The notes under the pieces were generated by a model. It was not told the origin of the DNA. It searched no databases and saw only the letters and a program-made list of their open reading frames with translations. From Escherichia coli (GTDB lineage: Bacteria; Pseudomonadota; Gammaproteobacteria; Enterobacterales; Enterobacteriaceae): a stretch of DNA of 64,000 nt. Position 1 is the first letter of the stretch. Every line of letters starts with the position of its first letter. The translations under genes and the position numbers were made by a program. The stretch lies in assembly GCF_048403405.1 (NCBI RefSeq), contig NZ_CP183129.1; one strand, 5' to 3'. Of this stretch, positions 27,840 through 38,655 are shown piece by piece.

Positions 27840-30320
27840 ATGTTGAGAATGACCCCACTTGCATCAGCAATCGTAGCGTTATTGCTCGGCATTGAAGCTT
27901 ATGCAGCTGAAGAAACCTTTGATACCCATTTTATGATAGGTGGAATGAAAGACCAGCAGGTTGCAAATATTCGTCTTGATGATAATCAACCCTTGCCGGG
28001 GCAGTATGACATCGATATTTATGTCAATAAGCAATGGCGCGGGAAATATGAGATCATTGTTAAAGACAACCCGCAAGAAACATGTATATCAAGGGAAATT
28101 ATCAAGCGGTTAGGCATTAATACCGATAACTTTGCCAGCGGTAAGCAATGTTTAACATTTGAGCAACTTGTTCAGGGTGGGAGCTATACCTGGGATATCG
28201 GAGTTTTTCGTCTCGATTTCAGTGTCCCGCAGGCGTGGGTGGAAGAACTGGAAAGTGGCTATGTTCCACCGGAAAACTGGGAGCGGGGTATTAATGCGTT
28301 TTATACCTCTTATTATGTGAGTCAGTATTACAGCGACTATAAAGCGTCGGGTAATAGCAAGAGTACATATGTACGTTTTAACAGCGGGTTAAACTTACTG
28401 GGGTGGCAACTGCATTCTGATGCCAGTTTCAGTAAAACAAATAGCAATCCAGGGGGGTGGAAAAGCAATACCCTGTATCTGGAACGTGGATTTGCCCAAC
28501 TTCTCGGCACGCTTCGCGTGGGTGATATGTACACATCAAGCGATATTTTTGATTCTGTTCGCTTCAGCGGTGTGCGGTTGTTTCGTGATATGCAGATGTT
28601 GCCTAACTCGAAACAGAATTTTACTCCACGGGTGCAGGGGATTGCTCAGAGTAACGCGCTGGTAACTATTGAACAGAACGGTTTTGTGGTTTATCAGAAA
28701 GAGGTTCCTCCTGGCCCGTTTGCGATTACAGATTTGCAGTTGGCCGGTGGTGGAGCAGATCTTGATGTCAGCGTGAAAGAGGCGGACGGTTCGGTAACCA
28801 CCTATCTGGTGCCTTATGCAGCGGTGCCGAATATGCTGCAACCTGGCGTGTCGAAATATGATTTTGCGGCGGGTCGTAGCCATATTGAAGGGGCGAGCAA
28901 ACAAAGTGATTTTGTCCAGGCGGGTTATCAGTATGGTTTTAATAACTTATTGACGCTGTATGGCGGATCGATGGTCGCGAATAATTATTACGCGTTCACT
29001 TTGGGGACTGGCTGGAATACACGCATTGGTGCCATTTCCGTCGATGCCACGAAGTCGCATAGTAAACAAGACAACGGCGATGTGTTTGACGGGCAAAGTT
29101 ATCAAATTGCCTACAACAAATTTGTGAGCCAAACGTCGACGCGTTTTGGTCTGGCGGCCTGGCGTTATTCGTCGCGTGATTACCGGACATTTAACGATCA
29201 TGTTTGGGCAAACAATAAAGATAATTATCGCCGTGATGAAAACGATATCTATGACATTGCCGATTATTACCAGAACGATTTTGGCCGTAAAAATAGCTTT
29301 TCTGCCAATATGAGCCAGTCATTGCCAGAAGGCTGGGGTTCTGTGTCCTTAAGTACGTTATGGCGAGATTACTGGGGGCGTAGCGGCAGCAGTAAGGATT
29401 ATCAGTTGAGTTATTCCAACAACCTGCGACGGATAAGCTATACCCTCGCGGCAAGCCAGGCTTATGACGAGAATCATCATGAAGAGAAACGTTTTAATAT
29501 TTTTATATCGATTCCCTTTGATTGGGGTGATGACGTTACGACGCCTCGTCGGCAAATATATATGTCTAACTCAACGACGTTTGATGATCAGGGTTTTGCC
29601 TCAAATAATACGGGATTATCGGGAACCGTTGGAAGCCGGGATCAATTTAACTATGGGGTCAACCTGAGTCATCAGCATCAGGGAAATGAAACGACAGCTG
29701 GAGCGAATTTAACCTGGAACGCGCCGGTTGCGACAGTGAATGGCAGTTATAGTCAGTCGAGTACTTATCGACAGGCTGGAGCCAGTGTTTCAGGGGGCAT
29801 TGTCGCCTGGTCGGAGGGCGTTAATCTGGCGAACCGTCTTTCCGAAACGTTTGCAGTGATGAATGCGCCAGGAATTAAAGATGCTTATGTCAATGGGCAA
29901 AAATATCGCACAACAAACCGTAATGGAGTGGTGGTATACGACGGAATGACACCTTATCGGGAAAATCACCTGATGCTGGATGTGTCGCAAAGCGATAGCG
30001 AAGCAGAATTGCGCGGTAACCGGAAAATTGCCGCACCTTATCGCGGCGCGGTTGTACTGGTTAATTTTGATACCGATCAGCGCAAGCCCTGGTTTATAAA
30101 AGCGTTAAGAACGGATGGGCAACCATTAACGTTTGGTTATGAAGTCAATGATATCCATGGTCATAATATTGGCGTTGTCGGCCAGGGAAGCCAGTTATTT
30201 ATTCGCACCAATGAAGTACCGCCGTCGGTTAATGTGGCAATTAATAAGCAACAAGGACTTTCATGCACAATCACCTTCGGTAAAGAGATTGATGAAAGTA
30301 GAAATTATATTTGCCAGTAA
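27840..30320 (+). CDS. yehB: fimbrial outer-membrane usher YehB
   Basis: ORF 27825..30320 trimmed to the ATG at 27840 (MLRMTPLASAIVALLLGIEAYA, 826 aa); AGGAG SD upstream; usher size and position. Confidence 0.85.
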   Translation: MLRMTPLASAIVALLLGIEAYAAEETFDTHFMIGGMKDQQVANIRLDDNQPLPGQYDIDIYVNKQWRGKYEIIVKDNPQETCISREIIKRLGINTDNFASGKQCLTFEQLVQGGSYTWDIGVFRLDFSVPQAWVEELESGYVPPENWERGINAFYTSYYVSQYYSDYKASGNSKSTYVRFNSGLNLLGWQLHSDASFSKTNSNPGGWKSNTLYLERGFAQLLGTLRVGDMYTSSDIFDSVRFSGVRLFRDMQMLPNSKQNFTPRVQGIAQSNALVTIEQNGFVVYQKEVPPGPFAITDLQLAGGGADLDVSVKEADGSVTTYLVPYAAVPNMLQPGVSKYDFAAGRSHIEGASKQSDFVQAGYQYGFNNLLTLYGGSMVANNYYAFTLGTGWNTRIGAISVDATKSHSKQDNGDVFDGQSYQIAYNKFVSQTSTRFGLAAWRYSSRDYRTFNDHVWANNKDNYRRDENDIYDIADYYQNDFGRKNSFSANMSQSLPEGWGSVSLSTLWRDYWGRSGSSKDYQLSYSNNLRRISYTLAASQAYDENHHEEKRFNIFISIPFDWGDDVTTPRRQIYMSNSTTFDDQGFASNNTGLSGTVGSRDQFNYGVNLSHQHQGNETTAGANLTWNAPVATVNGSYSQSSTYRQAGASVSGGIVAWSEGVNLANRLSETFAVMNAPGIKDAYVNGQKYRTTNRNGVVVYDGMTPYRENHLMLDVSQSDSEAELRGNRKIAAPYRGAVVLVNFDTDQRKPWFIKALRTDGQPLTFGYEVNDIHGHNIGVVGQGSQLFIRTNEVPPSVNVAINKQQGLSCTITFGKEIDESRNYICQ

Positions 30321-30335
30321 TAGTCAGGTGGTTCT

Positions 30336-31370
30336 ATGAAAATTCGCATAATGCTATTTATATTAATGATGATGGTTATGCCAGTGAGCTATGCAGCATG
30401 TTATAGTGAGTTATCTGTTCAGCACAATTTGGTTGTTCAGGGGGATTTTGCACTTACTCAAACACAAATGGCGACCTATGAGCATAATTTTAATGATTCG
30501 TCATGCGTGAGTACAAATACTATCACCCCTATGAGCCCGTCGGATATTATTGTTGGACTTTATAACGATACCATTAAATTAAATTTACATTTTGAATGGA
30601 CCAATAAAAATAACATCACGTTGTCAAATAATCAGACCAGTTTCACCAATGGTTATTCGGTAACGGTGACACCTGCAGCCAGTAATGCAAAAGTGAATGT
30701 TTCTGCGGGGGGCGGCGGTTCAGTGATGATTAATGGAGTTGCGACATTATCCAGTGCTTCATCATCGACACGCGGGAGTGCCGCAGTACAATTTCTACTG
30801 TGTTTATTAGGTGGCAAGTCATGGGATGCATGTGTAAATAGCTACAGAAATGCATTGGCACAAAATGCAGGTGTCTATTCCTTTAATCTGGCATTGTCAT
30901 ATAACCCGATAACAACGACCTGCAAACCGGACGATTTATTAATTACTTTAGAGAGTACTCCCGTTTCACAATTACCAGCCACAGGTAACAAAGCAACAAT
31001 AAATAGTAAAAAAGGAGATATTATTCTGCGTTGTAAAAATTTATTAGGTCAACAAAATCAAACATCACGAAAAATGCAGGTGTATTTATCAAGTTCTGAT
31101 TTGTGGGGCAGTAGTAACACGATCCTGAAAGGTGCGGAAGATAATGGCGTAGGGTTTATTCTTGAAAGTAATGGTTCGCCAGTCACACTTTTAAATATCA
31201 CTAACAGCAGTAAAGGATATACAAATTTAAAGGAAGTTGCTGCGAAGTCAAAACTTACAGATACAACGGTTTCAATTCCGATAACTGCCAGTTACTACGT
31301 CTACGATACAAACAAAGTTAAATCTGGCGCACTGGAGGCAACCGCATTAATCAACGTGAAATACGACTAA
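30336..31370 (+). CDS. yehA: fimbrial adhesin-like tip subunit YehA
   Basis: 344 aa; signal peptide; last gene of the yehDCBA operon. Confidence 0.8.
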   Translation: MKIRIMLFILMMMVMPVSYAACYSELSVQHNLVVQGDFALTQTQMATYEHNFNDSSCVSTNTITPMSPSDIIVGLYNDTIKLNLHFEWTNKNNITLSNNQTSFTNGYSVTVTPAASNAKVNVSAGGGGSVMINGVATLSSASSSTRGSAAVQFLLCLLGGKSWDACVNSYRNALAQNAGVYSFNLALSYNPITTTCKPDDLLITLESTPVSQLPATGNKATINSKKGDIILRCKNLLGQQNQTSRKMQVYLSSSDLWGSSNTILKGAEDNGVGFILESNGSPVTLLNITNSSKGYTNLKEVAAKSKLTDTTVSIPITASYYVYDTNKVKSGALEATALINVKYD

Positions 31371-31426
31371 TAACAAGCAAGACGAGCAAGTGGCTAATAA
31401 TAAAAAATAACAAGGTGTCTGCATTT

Positions 31427-31453
31427 CCCCCTCATGATGAGGGGGCTTTTTTT
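31427..31453 (+). terminator. yehA rho-independent terminator
   Basis: Palindrome ccccctcat-g-atgaggggg (31427-31445) followed by cttttttt; the T-run overlaps the rcnB stop. Confidence 0.8.
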
Positions 31454-31790
31454 AGCGATGATAAAAAATCTCACCGTCGTAGGCTTTAATGATTTTACCG
31501 TCGGTGTCGCTGATCAACACGTACGCGCCACCCATATAGGTCCAGTGCGTCCCGGCATCAGGCGCGGGCAGGTTACGTAACTGCCACTGCTTAATGTTGT
31601 ACTCATCGGTGCGGTACATCTCTGGGACGGTATCGCCTGGTTTGAAATGCTTAAAGTCAGCAATGAAACTGCTTAACTCATACTTAGAAATTCCCGAGGT
31701 ATTGGTCGAACCCGCGGTGGCTGGTGCGGCCCAGGCGGCACTGGTAACCAGCAAAAGCGCACCCAGCAACATCTTATTTTTAATGGTCAT
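31452..31790 (-). CDS. rcnB: periplasmic Ni/Co homeostasis protein RcnB (YohN)
   Basis: ORF 31452..31970 trimmed to the ATG at 31790 (MTIKNKMLLGALLLVTSAAWA, 112 aa); signal peptide. Confidence 0.85.
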   Translation of the reverse strand: MTIKNKMLLGALLLVTSAAWAAPATAGSTNTSGISKYELSSFIADFKHFKPGDTVPEMYRTDEYNIKQWQLRNLPAPDAGTHWTYMGGAYVLISDTDGKIIKAYDGEIFYHR

Positions 31791-31906
31791 AAACTCTCCA
31801 CTTTGGGGATCTGTAATATCAGTCGCATATCTTTCCTGCCATACAATATAACTGGCAAGCGATATTTTGTTAGTGATCCCATGATTTCGTAAAAAGTGTA
31901 AATGAA

Positions 31907-31927
31907 AGGATGCCCTAAAAGCATCCT
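31907..31927 (-). terminator. possible rcnA terminator or attenuator hairpin
   Basis: aggatgc / gcatcct 7-bp stem with a cctaaaa loop; U-rich tract downstream on the minus strand. Confidence 0.35.
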
Positions 31928-32008
31928 TAGCGAGCAGAGAGTCAGCGGAAATAGCTGATTTAAGAATCATCCTGGGCTGAAGATAACATGCAAGCCTAAA
32001 GGATTGAG

Positions 32009-32833
32009 TTATCGCATTATGCCCATGAAGCCATGTACGCCCATATACACACCAACTAAGCCAATCAACAGACTGGAAAAATAGGGGGCGCGTTTAGCGA
32101 GAGTGTTAAATCCGCTCCAGCGTTTTGCGACCTGCTGAACGCTGATTGCTGCGCCAACGCCTACGGTGACAAGCGTTAACGCCAGGCCAATGCTGAAACT
32201 GACGACCAGTGTTGCGCCCAGTGTCAGGGCTTTCAACTGAATGCATATCAACAGCACGGTAATTGCTGCCGGGCAGGGGATAAGGCCACCGGTTAAGCCA
32301 AATAGCAAAATTTGCCAGTTGGTGACCTCTCTACCATCAAAGCGTCGTTTAATGTCATTGGCATGGGCTCGTGCATGGGCATCCTGATACTCGCCATGTT
32401 CGTGATGGTGATGATGTCCATGGTCGTGGTGATCTTCGTGATCGTGGTGATGATGCTCATGATCATGCTCGTGCATATTCTCCAGCCAGTTTCGTTCGCC
32501 GCGCCAGGTACGCCAGAACATCCAGAACGCGGTGCCAATAATGATCACTGCGGAAATCAACTGGAGCCACGGTTCTGCTGATTGAGCAGTAAAGCGCTTG
32601 CTGATCACCATCCCGCCAAAGGCAATCAACCAGACCACTGCGGTATGCGAAATGGTTGCTGCCAGTCCGAGCATCACCGCCTGTTTAATGGTGCCTTTGA
32701 TGGCGATGATAAACGCCGCCATCATCGTTTTTGAGTGCCCTGGTTCCAGGCCATGAAGCGCACCAAGTAAGATGGCGCTGGGGATGAAGAACCAGGCGTT
32801 TCCTTGCTGAAGAAGAGTTGTAAATTCGGTCAT
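32009..32833 (-). CDS. rcnA: Ni/Co efflux protein RcnA
   Basis: 274 aa; multi-TM protein with a His-rich loop HEHDHEHHHHDHEDHHDHGHHHHHEHGE. Confidence 0.9.
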   Translation of the reverse strand: MTEFTTLLQQGNAWFFIPSAILLGALHGLEPGHSKTMMAAFIIAIKGTIKQAVMLGLAATISHTAVVWLIAFGGMVISKRFTAQSAEPWLQLISAVIIIGTAFWMFWRTWRGERNWLENMHEHDHEHHHHDHEDHHDHGHHHHHEHGEYQDAHARAHANDIKRRFDGREVTNWQILLFGLTGGLIPCPAAITVLLICIQLKALTLGATLVVSFSIGLALTLVTVGVGAAISVQQVAKRWSGFNTLAKRAPYFSSLLIGLVGVYMGVHGFMGIMR

Positions 32834-32870
32834 GATAATAATTCTTAGTATTAATTCGGCAATCTGATTC

Positions 32871-32885
32871 TACTCCCCCCCAGTA
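32871..32885. promoter_or_regulatory. RcnR operator site 1 (TACT-C-tract-AGTA)
   Basis: tactcccccccagta in the rcnA-rcnR divergent intergenic region; matches the known RcnR TACT-G6-N-AGTA type site on the opposite strand. Confidence 0.75.
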
Positions 32886-32890
32886 CCTGA

Positions 32891-32905
32891 TACTACCCCC
32901 CAGTA
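32891..32905. promoter_or_regulatory. RcnR operator site 2
   Basis: tactaccccccagta, a second copy 20 bp from site 1. Confidence 0.75.
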
Positions 32906-32953
32906 GATTAATAGTGCTATGATTTTTCATATTCTTATTAACCAGGTGTTGCC

Positions 32954-33226
32954 ATGTCTCATACCATCCGTGATAAACAGAAACTGAAAGCGCGTGCCAG
33001 TAAGATTCAGGGCCAGGTCGTGGCGCTCAAGAAAATGCTCGACGAGCCGCACGAATGCGCTGCAGTTTTACAACAGATTGCTGCTATCCGTGGCGCGGTA
33101 AACGGTCTGATGCGGGAAGTGATTAAAGGTCATCTGACGGAACACATCGTTCACCAGGGGGATGAGCTAAAACGTGAAGAAGATCTGGATGTCGTTCTGA
33201 AGGTGCTGGATTCTTATATCAAATAA
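32954..33226 (+). CDS. rcnR: Ni/Co-responsive repressor RcnR (CsoR/RcnR family)
   Basis: 90 aa; divergent from rcnA; family and size match. Confidence 0.9.
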
Positions 33227-33325
33227 TTTATTAACGCGATTGTAAAACTGCGGTTTTTACTCGTTTACAACGCGTGCGCTGGACATTACCATCCTCCTCT
33301 GCGATTTATCATCGCAATCAAACGA

Positions 33326-33445
33326 CTCGGGGTGCCCTTCTGCGTGAAGGCTGAGAAATACCCGTATCACCTGATCTGGATAATGCCAGCGTAGGGAAGT
33401 CACGGACCACCAGGTCATTGCTTCTTCACGTTATGGCAGGAGCAA
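33326..33445 (+). promoter_or_regulatory. TPP riboswitch (THI element) in the thiM leader
   Basis: Conserved aptamer motifs ggggtgcccttctgcgtgaaggctgagaaatacccgtatcacctgatctggataatgccagcgtagggaa immediately upstream of the thiM SD and ATG. Confidence 0.85.
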
Positions 33446-33448
33446 ACT

Positions 33449-34237
33449 ATGCAAGTCGACCTGCTGAGTTCCGCGCAATCTGCGCACGCGTTACATCTTT
33501 TTCACCAACATTCCCCTCTTGTGCACTGCATGACCAACGATGTGGTGCAAACCTTTACTGCCAATACCTTGCTGGCGCTCGGTGCATCCCCAGCGATGGT
33601 TATCGAAACCGAAGAGGCCAGTCAGTTTGCGGCTATCGCCAGTGCGTTGCTGATTAACGTTGGCACGCTGACGCAGCCACGCGCACAGGCGATGCGTGCC
33701 GCCATTGAACAGGCAAAACGCTCTCAAACACCCTGGACGCTTGATCCAGTAGCGGTGGGTGCACTCGATTATCGCCGCCGTTTTTGTCTGGAACTTCTGT
33801 CTCATAAGCCAACCGCCATACGTGGTAATGCTTCGGAAATCATGGCATTAGCTGGCGTTGCTAATGGTGGACGGGGAGTGGATACCACTGACGCCGCAGC
33901 TAATGCGATACCCGCTGCACAAACACTGGCACGGGAAACTGGCGCAATCGTCGTGGTCACTGGCGAGATGGATTATGTTACCGATGGACATCGTATCATT
34001 GGTATTCACGGTGGCGATCCGTTAATGACCAAAGTGGTAGGAACTGGCTGTGCATTATCGGCGGTTGTCGCTGCCTGTTGTGCGCTACCAGGCGATACGC
34101 TGGAAAATATCGCATCTGCCTGTCACTGGATGAAACAAGCCGGAGAACGCGCAGTCGCCAGTAGCGAGGGGCCAGGCAGTTTTGTTCCACATTTCCTTGA
34201 TGCGCTCTGGCAATTGACGCCGGAGGTGCAGGCATGA
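33449..34237 (+). CDS. thiM: hydroxyethylthiazole kinase
   Basis: 262 aa; recalled ThiM sequence and length; stop overlaps the thiD start (ATGA). Confidence 0.95.
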   Translation: MQVDLLSSAQSAHALHLFHQHSPLVHCMTNDVVQTFTANTLLALGASPAMVIETEEASQFAAIASALLINVGTLTQPRAQAMRAAIEQAKRSQTPWTLDPVAVGALDYRRRFCLELLSHKPTAIRGNASEIMALAGVANGGRGVDTTDAAANAIPAAQTLARETGAIVVVTGEMDYVTDGHRIIGIHGGDPLMTKVVGTGCALSAVVAACCALPGDTLENIASACHWMKQAGERAVASSEGPGSFVPHFLDALWQLTPEVQA

Positions 34238-35034
34238 AACGAATTAACGCTCTGACGATTGCCGGTACTGATCCGAGTGGTGGTGCGGGGATTCAGGCCG
34301 ATCTTAAAACCTTCTCGGCACTTGGCGCTTATGGTTGCTCAGTGATTACTGCACTGGTGGCGCAAAATACCCGTGGCGTACAGTCGGTGTATCGCATTGA
34401 GCCTGATTTTGTCGCCGCCCAGCTCGATTCGGTGTTCAGCGATGTGCGAATCGACACCACTAAAATCGGTATGTTGGCGGAAACCGATATTGTTGAAGCG
34501 GTGGCAGAAAGGTTGCAACGTTATCAGATCAAAAACGTGGTACTTGATACCGTTATGCTGGCAAAAAGCGGCGACCCGCTGCTTTCACCTTCGGCGGTTG
34601 CTACGCTGCGCAGTCGATTATTGCCACAGGTTTCATTAATAACGCCAAACTTGCCCGAAGCTGCCGCCTTGCTCGACGCGCCACACGCGCGCACCGAACA
34701 GGAAATGCTGGAACAAGGGCGATCGCTGTTGGCGATGGGCTGTGGCGCAGTGCTAATGAAAGGTGGTCATCTGGATGATGAGCAAAGCCCGGACTGGCTG
34801 TTTACCCGCGAGGGTGAACAACGGTTTACCGCACCGCGCATTATGACCAAAAACACCCACGGCACTGGTTGTACACTCTCTGCGGCGTTGGCTGCACTAC
34901 GCCCGCGCCATACAAACTGGGCAGACACCGTCCAGGAGGCAAAAAGCTGGCTTTCATCGGCGTTAGCCCAGGCCGACACGCTGGAAGTTGGTCACGGTAT
35001 TGGTCCGGTTCACCACTTCCACGCGTGGTGGTGA
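34234..35034 (+). CDS. thiD: hydroxymethylpyrimidine / phosphomethylpyrimidine kinase
   Basis: 266 aa; PfkB-like kinase; translationally coupled to thiM. Confidence 0.95.
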   Translation: MKRINALTIAGTDPSGGAGIQADLKTFSALGAYGCSVITALVAQNTRGVQSVYRIEPDFVAAQLDSVFSDVRIDTTKIGMLAETDIVEAVAERLQRYQIKNVVLDTVMLAKSGDPLLSPSAVATLRSRLLPQVSLITPNLPEAAALLDAPHARTEQEMLEQGRSLLAMGCGAVLMKGGHLDDEQSPDWLFTREGEQRFTAPRIMTKNTHGTGCTLSAALAALRPRHTNWADTVQEAKSWLSSALAQADTLEVGHGIGPVHHFHAWW

Positions 35035-35098
35035 GCACCTTACTATAGCTGCTTTGGTTATTGTCAGTATTTGGCGCTGACATTCAGGGATGAAACCA

Positions 35099-35917
35099 AT
35101 GCAGCTGAGAATCATCAGTCGAAAAAAATTCACCGCTTTATTATGCGCTCTTGGGCTAATTTCCATCGTTGCAATTTATCCGCGTCAGACGGTGAATTTT
35201 TTCTACTCGACAGCAATTCAGATTAAAGACTACATCCACTTCTACGGTTATCGCCCGGTTAAATCTTTCGCTATTCGCATTCCTGCCAGTTACACCATTC
35301 ATGGTATTGATGTTTCACGCTGGCAGGAGCGAATCGACTGGCAGCGGGTGGCAAAAATGCGCGACAACGGTATTCTCTTGCAGTTTGCCTTTATCAAGGC
35401 GACGGAAGGCGAAAAGCTGGTGGACCCCTATTTTTCGCGTAACTGGCAACTAAGCCGCGAAAATGGCCTGCTGCGCGGGGCGTATCATTATTTCTCCCCG
35501 TCGGTATCCGCTTCAGTTCAGGCGCGATTATTTCTGCAAACGGTGGATTTTGCCCACGGCGATCTCCCTGCCGTGCTGGACGTAGAAGAACGGGGAAAAT
35601 TATCGGCAAAAGAATTACGCAAGCGGGTAAGTCAGTGGCTAAAAATGGTCGAAAAACGCACGGGAAAAAAGCCAATTATTTACTCAGGAGCCGTTTTTTA
35701 TCACACGAATCTGGCGGGCTATTTTAATGAATATCCGTGGTGGGTGGCTCACTATTATCAACGTCGCCCGGACAATGACGGCATGGCCTGGCGCTTCTGG
35801 CAGCATTCCGACCGTGGACAGGTAGATGGCATTAATGGTCCGGTGGATTTTAATGTGTTTAATGGCACGGTGGAGGAGTTGCAGGCATTCGTTGATGGGA
35901 TTAAAGAAACGCCTTAA
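35099..35917 (+). CDS. yegX: glycoside hydrolase family 25 (lysozyme-like) protein YegX
   Basis: ORF 35090..35917; the ATG at 35099 is preferred on SD spacing (AGGGA 8 nt upstream), 272 aa; N-terminal TM or signal segment. Confidence 0.8.
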   Translation: MQLRIISRKKFTALLCALGLISIVAIYPRQTVNFFYSTAIQIKDYIHFYGYRPVKSFAIRIPASYTIHGIDVSRWQERIDWQRVAKMRDNGILLQFAFIKATEGEKLVDPYFSRNWQLSRENGLLRGAYHYFSPSVSASVQARLFLQTVDFAHGDLPAVLDVEERGKLSAKELRKRVSQWLKMVEKRTGKKPIIYSGAVFYHTNLAGYFNEYPWWVAHYYQRRPDNDGMAWRFWQHSDRGQVDGINGPVDFNVFNGTVEELQAFVDGIKETP

Positions 35918-35968
35918 ATAAGAAGCAGTGATATACTCCCACCAGATTCCCCGGCAGGAAAAAGACAA

Positions 35969-36715
35969 ATGGAACAAGCGCATACCCAGCTGATTGCCCA
36001 ACTGAACGAACGTATTTTAGCGGCGGATAACACGCCGCTTTATATTAAGTTTGCCGAAACGGTAAAAAATGCCGTGCGCAGCGGGGTGCTGGAGCATGGC
36101 AATATTTTACCCGGTGAGCGTGATTTAAGTCAGTTAACCGGCGTTTCGCGCATTACGGTGCGCAAGGCGATGCAGGCGCTGGAAGAAGAGGGCGTGGTGA
36201 CGCGTTCGCGTGGTTACGGTACGCAGATCAACAACATCTTCGAATACTCGTTGAAAGAAGCGCGAGGTTTTTCTCAGCAGGTGGTATTGCGCGGGAAAAA
36301 GCCCGATACGCTATGGGTTAACAAGCGTGTCGTGAAATGTCCCGAAGAAGTCGCGCAGCAGCTGGCGGTCGAAGCAGGAAGTGATGTCTTTTTGCTTAAG
36401 CGTATTCGCTATGTCGATGAAGAAGCGGTATCGATTGAGGAATCGTGGGTTCCGGCGCATTTAATTCATGATGTTGATGCCATCGGAATTTCTCTTTATG
36501 ACTACTTCCGCAGCCAGCACATTTACCCACAACGTACGCGTTCCCGCGTTAGCGCCCGGATGCCGGATGCCGAGTTTCAGTCACATATTCAGTTAGATAG
36601 CAAAATACCGGTGCTGGTGATCAAGCAAGTGGCGCTTGACCAACAGCAACGGCCTATTGAGTACAGCATCAGCCACTGTCGCAGCGATCTATACGTTTTT
36701 GTGTGCGAGGAGTAG
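35969..36715 (+). CDS. yegW: GntR-family transcriptional regulator YegW
   Basis: 248 aa; N-terminal winged HTH, C-terminal UTRA-like region; converges on yegV with a 27-nt 3' overlap. Confidence 0.85.
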   Translation: MEQAHTQLIAQLNERILAADNTPLYIKFAETVKNAVRSGVLEHGNILPGERDLSQLTGVSRITVRKAMQALEEEGVVTRSRGYGTQINNIFEYSLKEARGFSQQVVLRGKKPDTLWVNKRVVKCPEEVAQQLAVEAGSDVFLLKRIRYVDEEAVSIEESWVPAHLIHDVDAIGISLYDYFRSQHIYPQRTRSRVSARMPDAEFQSHIQLDSKIPVLVIKQVALDQQQRPIEYSISHCRSDLYVFVCEE

Positions 36716-37654
36716 TTCCTCGCGCGTTGGCGCACAATCACCGCCCCGATGCCCGACAACCCACGACGCCACTGCATTGCCCAGTAATACGGCATCCGCC
36801 AGTGGCAGACCAGAGGCCAGCCCGGCAAGTACGCCACCTGCATGACTGTCGCCCGCCCCAATGGTGTCTACAACTTGCGTTGGAAATGCCGGAATGCAGC
36901 CAGAAGCGTCGTTGCTGAAATACCATGCGCCCTCTTTATCGAGACGAATGATCAACGGCGCGGCAAATTTCTCCTGCCATTGCTTGCCAAGTGTTGTTAT
37001 CTCTGCGGATAAAGCAAAACGTTCGGCGGCAATCTCAGCCTCCTGACGATTGAGTGACACTAAAGGTCGACAGGCCATGATCCGCGCCAGTAATGCGTCC
37101 GGGATATCGCCAATACGTGGGCCAAAATCGATAAACGGCGTCACGTCTTGCAGCTTTTCCAGCCATTCCACTAACAATTCGCCGCAGGGCGAGGCCAGTT
37201 GATAACCGGAAAAATAGAGCAGGCTGCCAGGTGCAACGGTTAATCGCGCCAACCATTGGCGATTCCACTGATTTTCCACACCGCTGAACGACATAAACGT
37301 GCGTTCACCATCCGGCTCAACCAGCGCCAGACACCAGCCGTTATCGCCTTCGGCGTTATCGATCAGGCTGATTAAGCCCTCTTTTGCCATCCGGTTGCGA
37401 ATAATCTCCGCCCACACGCCCTGACCGAGCGGCAAGGCATTACCCGCTTCGATGCCGAGGCGCTTTAACGCCACGACAATATTCAGTGCGCAGCCGCCAA
37501 CGTTAACGCTCTGCTGTTTCAGTTCGATATCGCACCCACGCCAGGGGAGGGCATAAGCGTCGGCGATCACATCAATGACCGCCGCGCCGACGACCATCAC
37601 CGACTGACGCGTGGTTAATTCAGGCAGCAGCGTGTGTAATCGAGCGCCGCTCAT
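36689..37654 (-). CDS. yegV: PfkB-family sugar/nucleoside kinase YegV
   Basis: 321 aa; ribokinase-like motifs (GAGD, DTIGAGDSH); start overlaps the yegU stop. Confidence 0.85.
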   Translation of the reverse strand: MSGARLHTLLPELTTRQSVMVVGAAVIDVIADAYALPWRGCDIELKQQSVNVGGCALNIVVALKRLGIEAGNALPLGQGVWAEIIRNRMAKEGLISLIDNAEGDNGWCLALVEPDGERTFMSFSGVENQWNRQWLARLTVAPGSLLYFSGYQLASPCGELLVEWLEKLQDVTPFIDFGPRIGDIPDALLARIMACRPLVSLNRQEAEIAAERFALSAEITTLGKQWQEKFAAPLIIRLDKEGAWYFSNDASGCIPAFPTQVVDTIGAGDSHAGGVLAGLASGLPLADAVLLGNAVASWVVGHRGGDCAPTREELLLAHKNV

Positions 37655-38655
37655 ACCGCCTCCCGTTGTTGACGATATTTCGCCAGCGCTGTGGCATAGC
37701 GGTTGAAATCAAGCTGATTTACCGCATCCAGTTCCGCCTTTAACGCAGGATCGATAGCGTTAACGCCATGCAACGCGCCACAAATTGCTGTCGCCATAGC
37801 ACCGATGGTGTCTGTGTCGCCGCCAAGGTTAGCGCACAGGACGGCGCAACGGTTCGGGGCGGTTTGTGCCAGTTCAACCAGCGCAATGGCGCACGGAACG
37901 GACTCAATAGTGCTGGTACCTGCGCCAACGACCTGGTAAAGCTGTTCGCTGGCGGATTCGGTGCCGTCGGCATTGCGCACAATTTTCAGCGCAATCTCCA
38001 GACGTGCTGCCAGTGAGGCGCTGAAGGTAGTGATGCGTTTTTGTTGAGCATGTCGCGCAATTGAAGGCAGTGAATCAACAATTGCTGACCAGCTTTCTCC
38101 GTCAATGGCACGAGAAATCGCCCATGCGATGACTACCGCCCCCGCAACCGCCAGATCGGATTTATGTGTCGGGCTGGAGGCCAGCGCCACATCATCAATA
38201 AAGGAATCAACATCACGCGCCGGAAGCAAACAACCTAATGGCGAGACGCGCATCGCTGCGCCGTTGGTCACGCCGTTATTTTCCAGTTCAGCAACGGGTT
38301 TACCGTCGCGAATGGCGTTAAGCGCAATCTTCGAGGTCGGACCTAGTACGTTTTTGTTAAAGGCGTCGAAACGCAGCGCCCAGTCGAGAATATTACGCCC
38401 AATCAGATCCGGATCGATCTTGCCTTCACGTTCCAGTAACGCATCTGCCAGACACAGCGCCATCGAGGTATCGTCGGTGAATTCGGCGCGGTTAAAATAA
38501 CAGGCTGCGTTATTCTCCTTTGGTCCAGGCAGAAAACGATCAATCCAGCCAAAGTGTGCTTTAACGCGGCTGCGTGGCCAAAGCTCGGAGGGCATCCCCA
38601 TCGCATCCCCTAACGCCTGCCCATAAAGAGCACCGAGAATACGTTCTGTTTTCAT
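37651..38655 (-). CDS. yegU: ADP-ribosylglycohydrolase-family protein YegU
   Basis: 334 aa; operon position between yegT and yegV with 4-nt overlaps on both sides. Confidence 0.85.
   Translation of the reverse strand: MKTERILGALYGQALGDAMGMPSELWPRSRVKAHFGWIDRFLPGPKENNAACYFNRAEFTDDTSMALCLADALLEREGKIDPDLIGRNILDWALRFDAFNKNVLGPTSKIALNAIRDGKPVAELENNGVTNGAAMRVSPLGCLLPARDVDSFIDDVALASSPTHKSDLAVAGAVVIAWAISRAIDGESWSAIVDSLPSIARHAQQKRITTFSASLAARLEIALKIVRNADGTESASEQLYQVVGAGTSTIESVPCAIALVELAQTAPNRCAVLCANLGGDTDTIGAMATAICGALHGVNAIDPALKAELDAVNQLDFNRYATALAKYRQQREAV

Noticed and set aside
32312-32581. 89-aa ORF and an apparent (gtgatg)n-like tandem repeat
   Set aside because: This is the antisense frame of the His-rich loop of rcnA (runs of CAT/CAC codons); a compositional effect, not a repeat element or gene.
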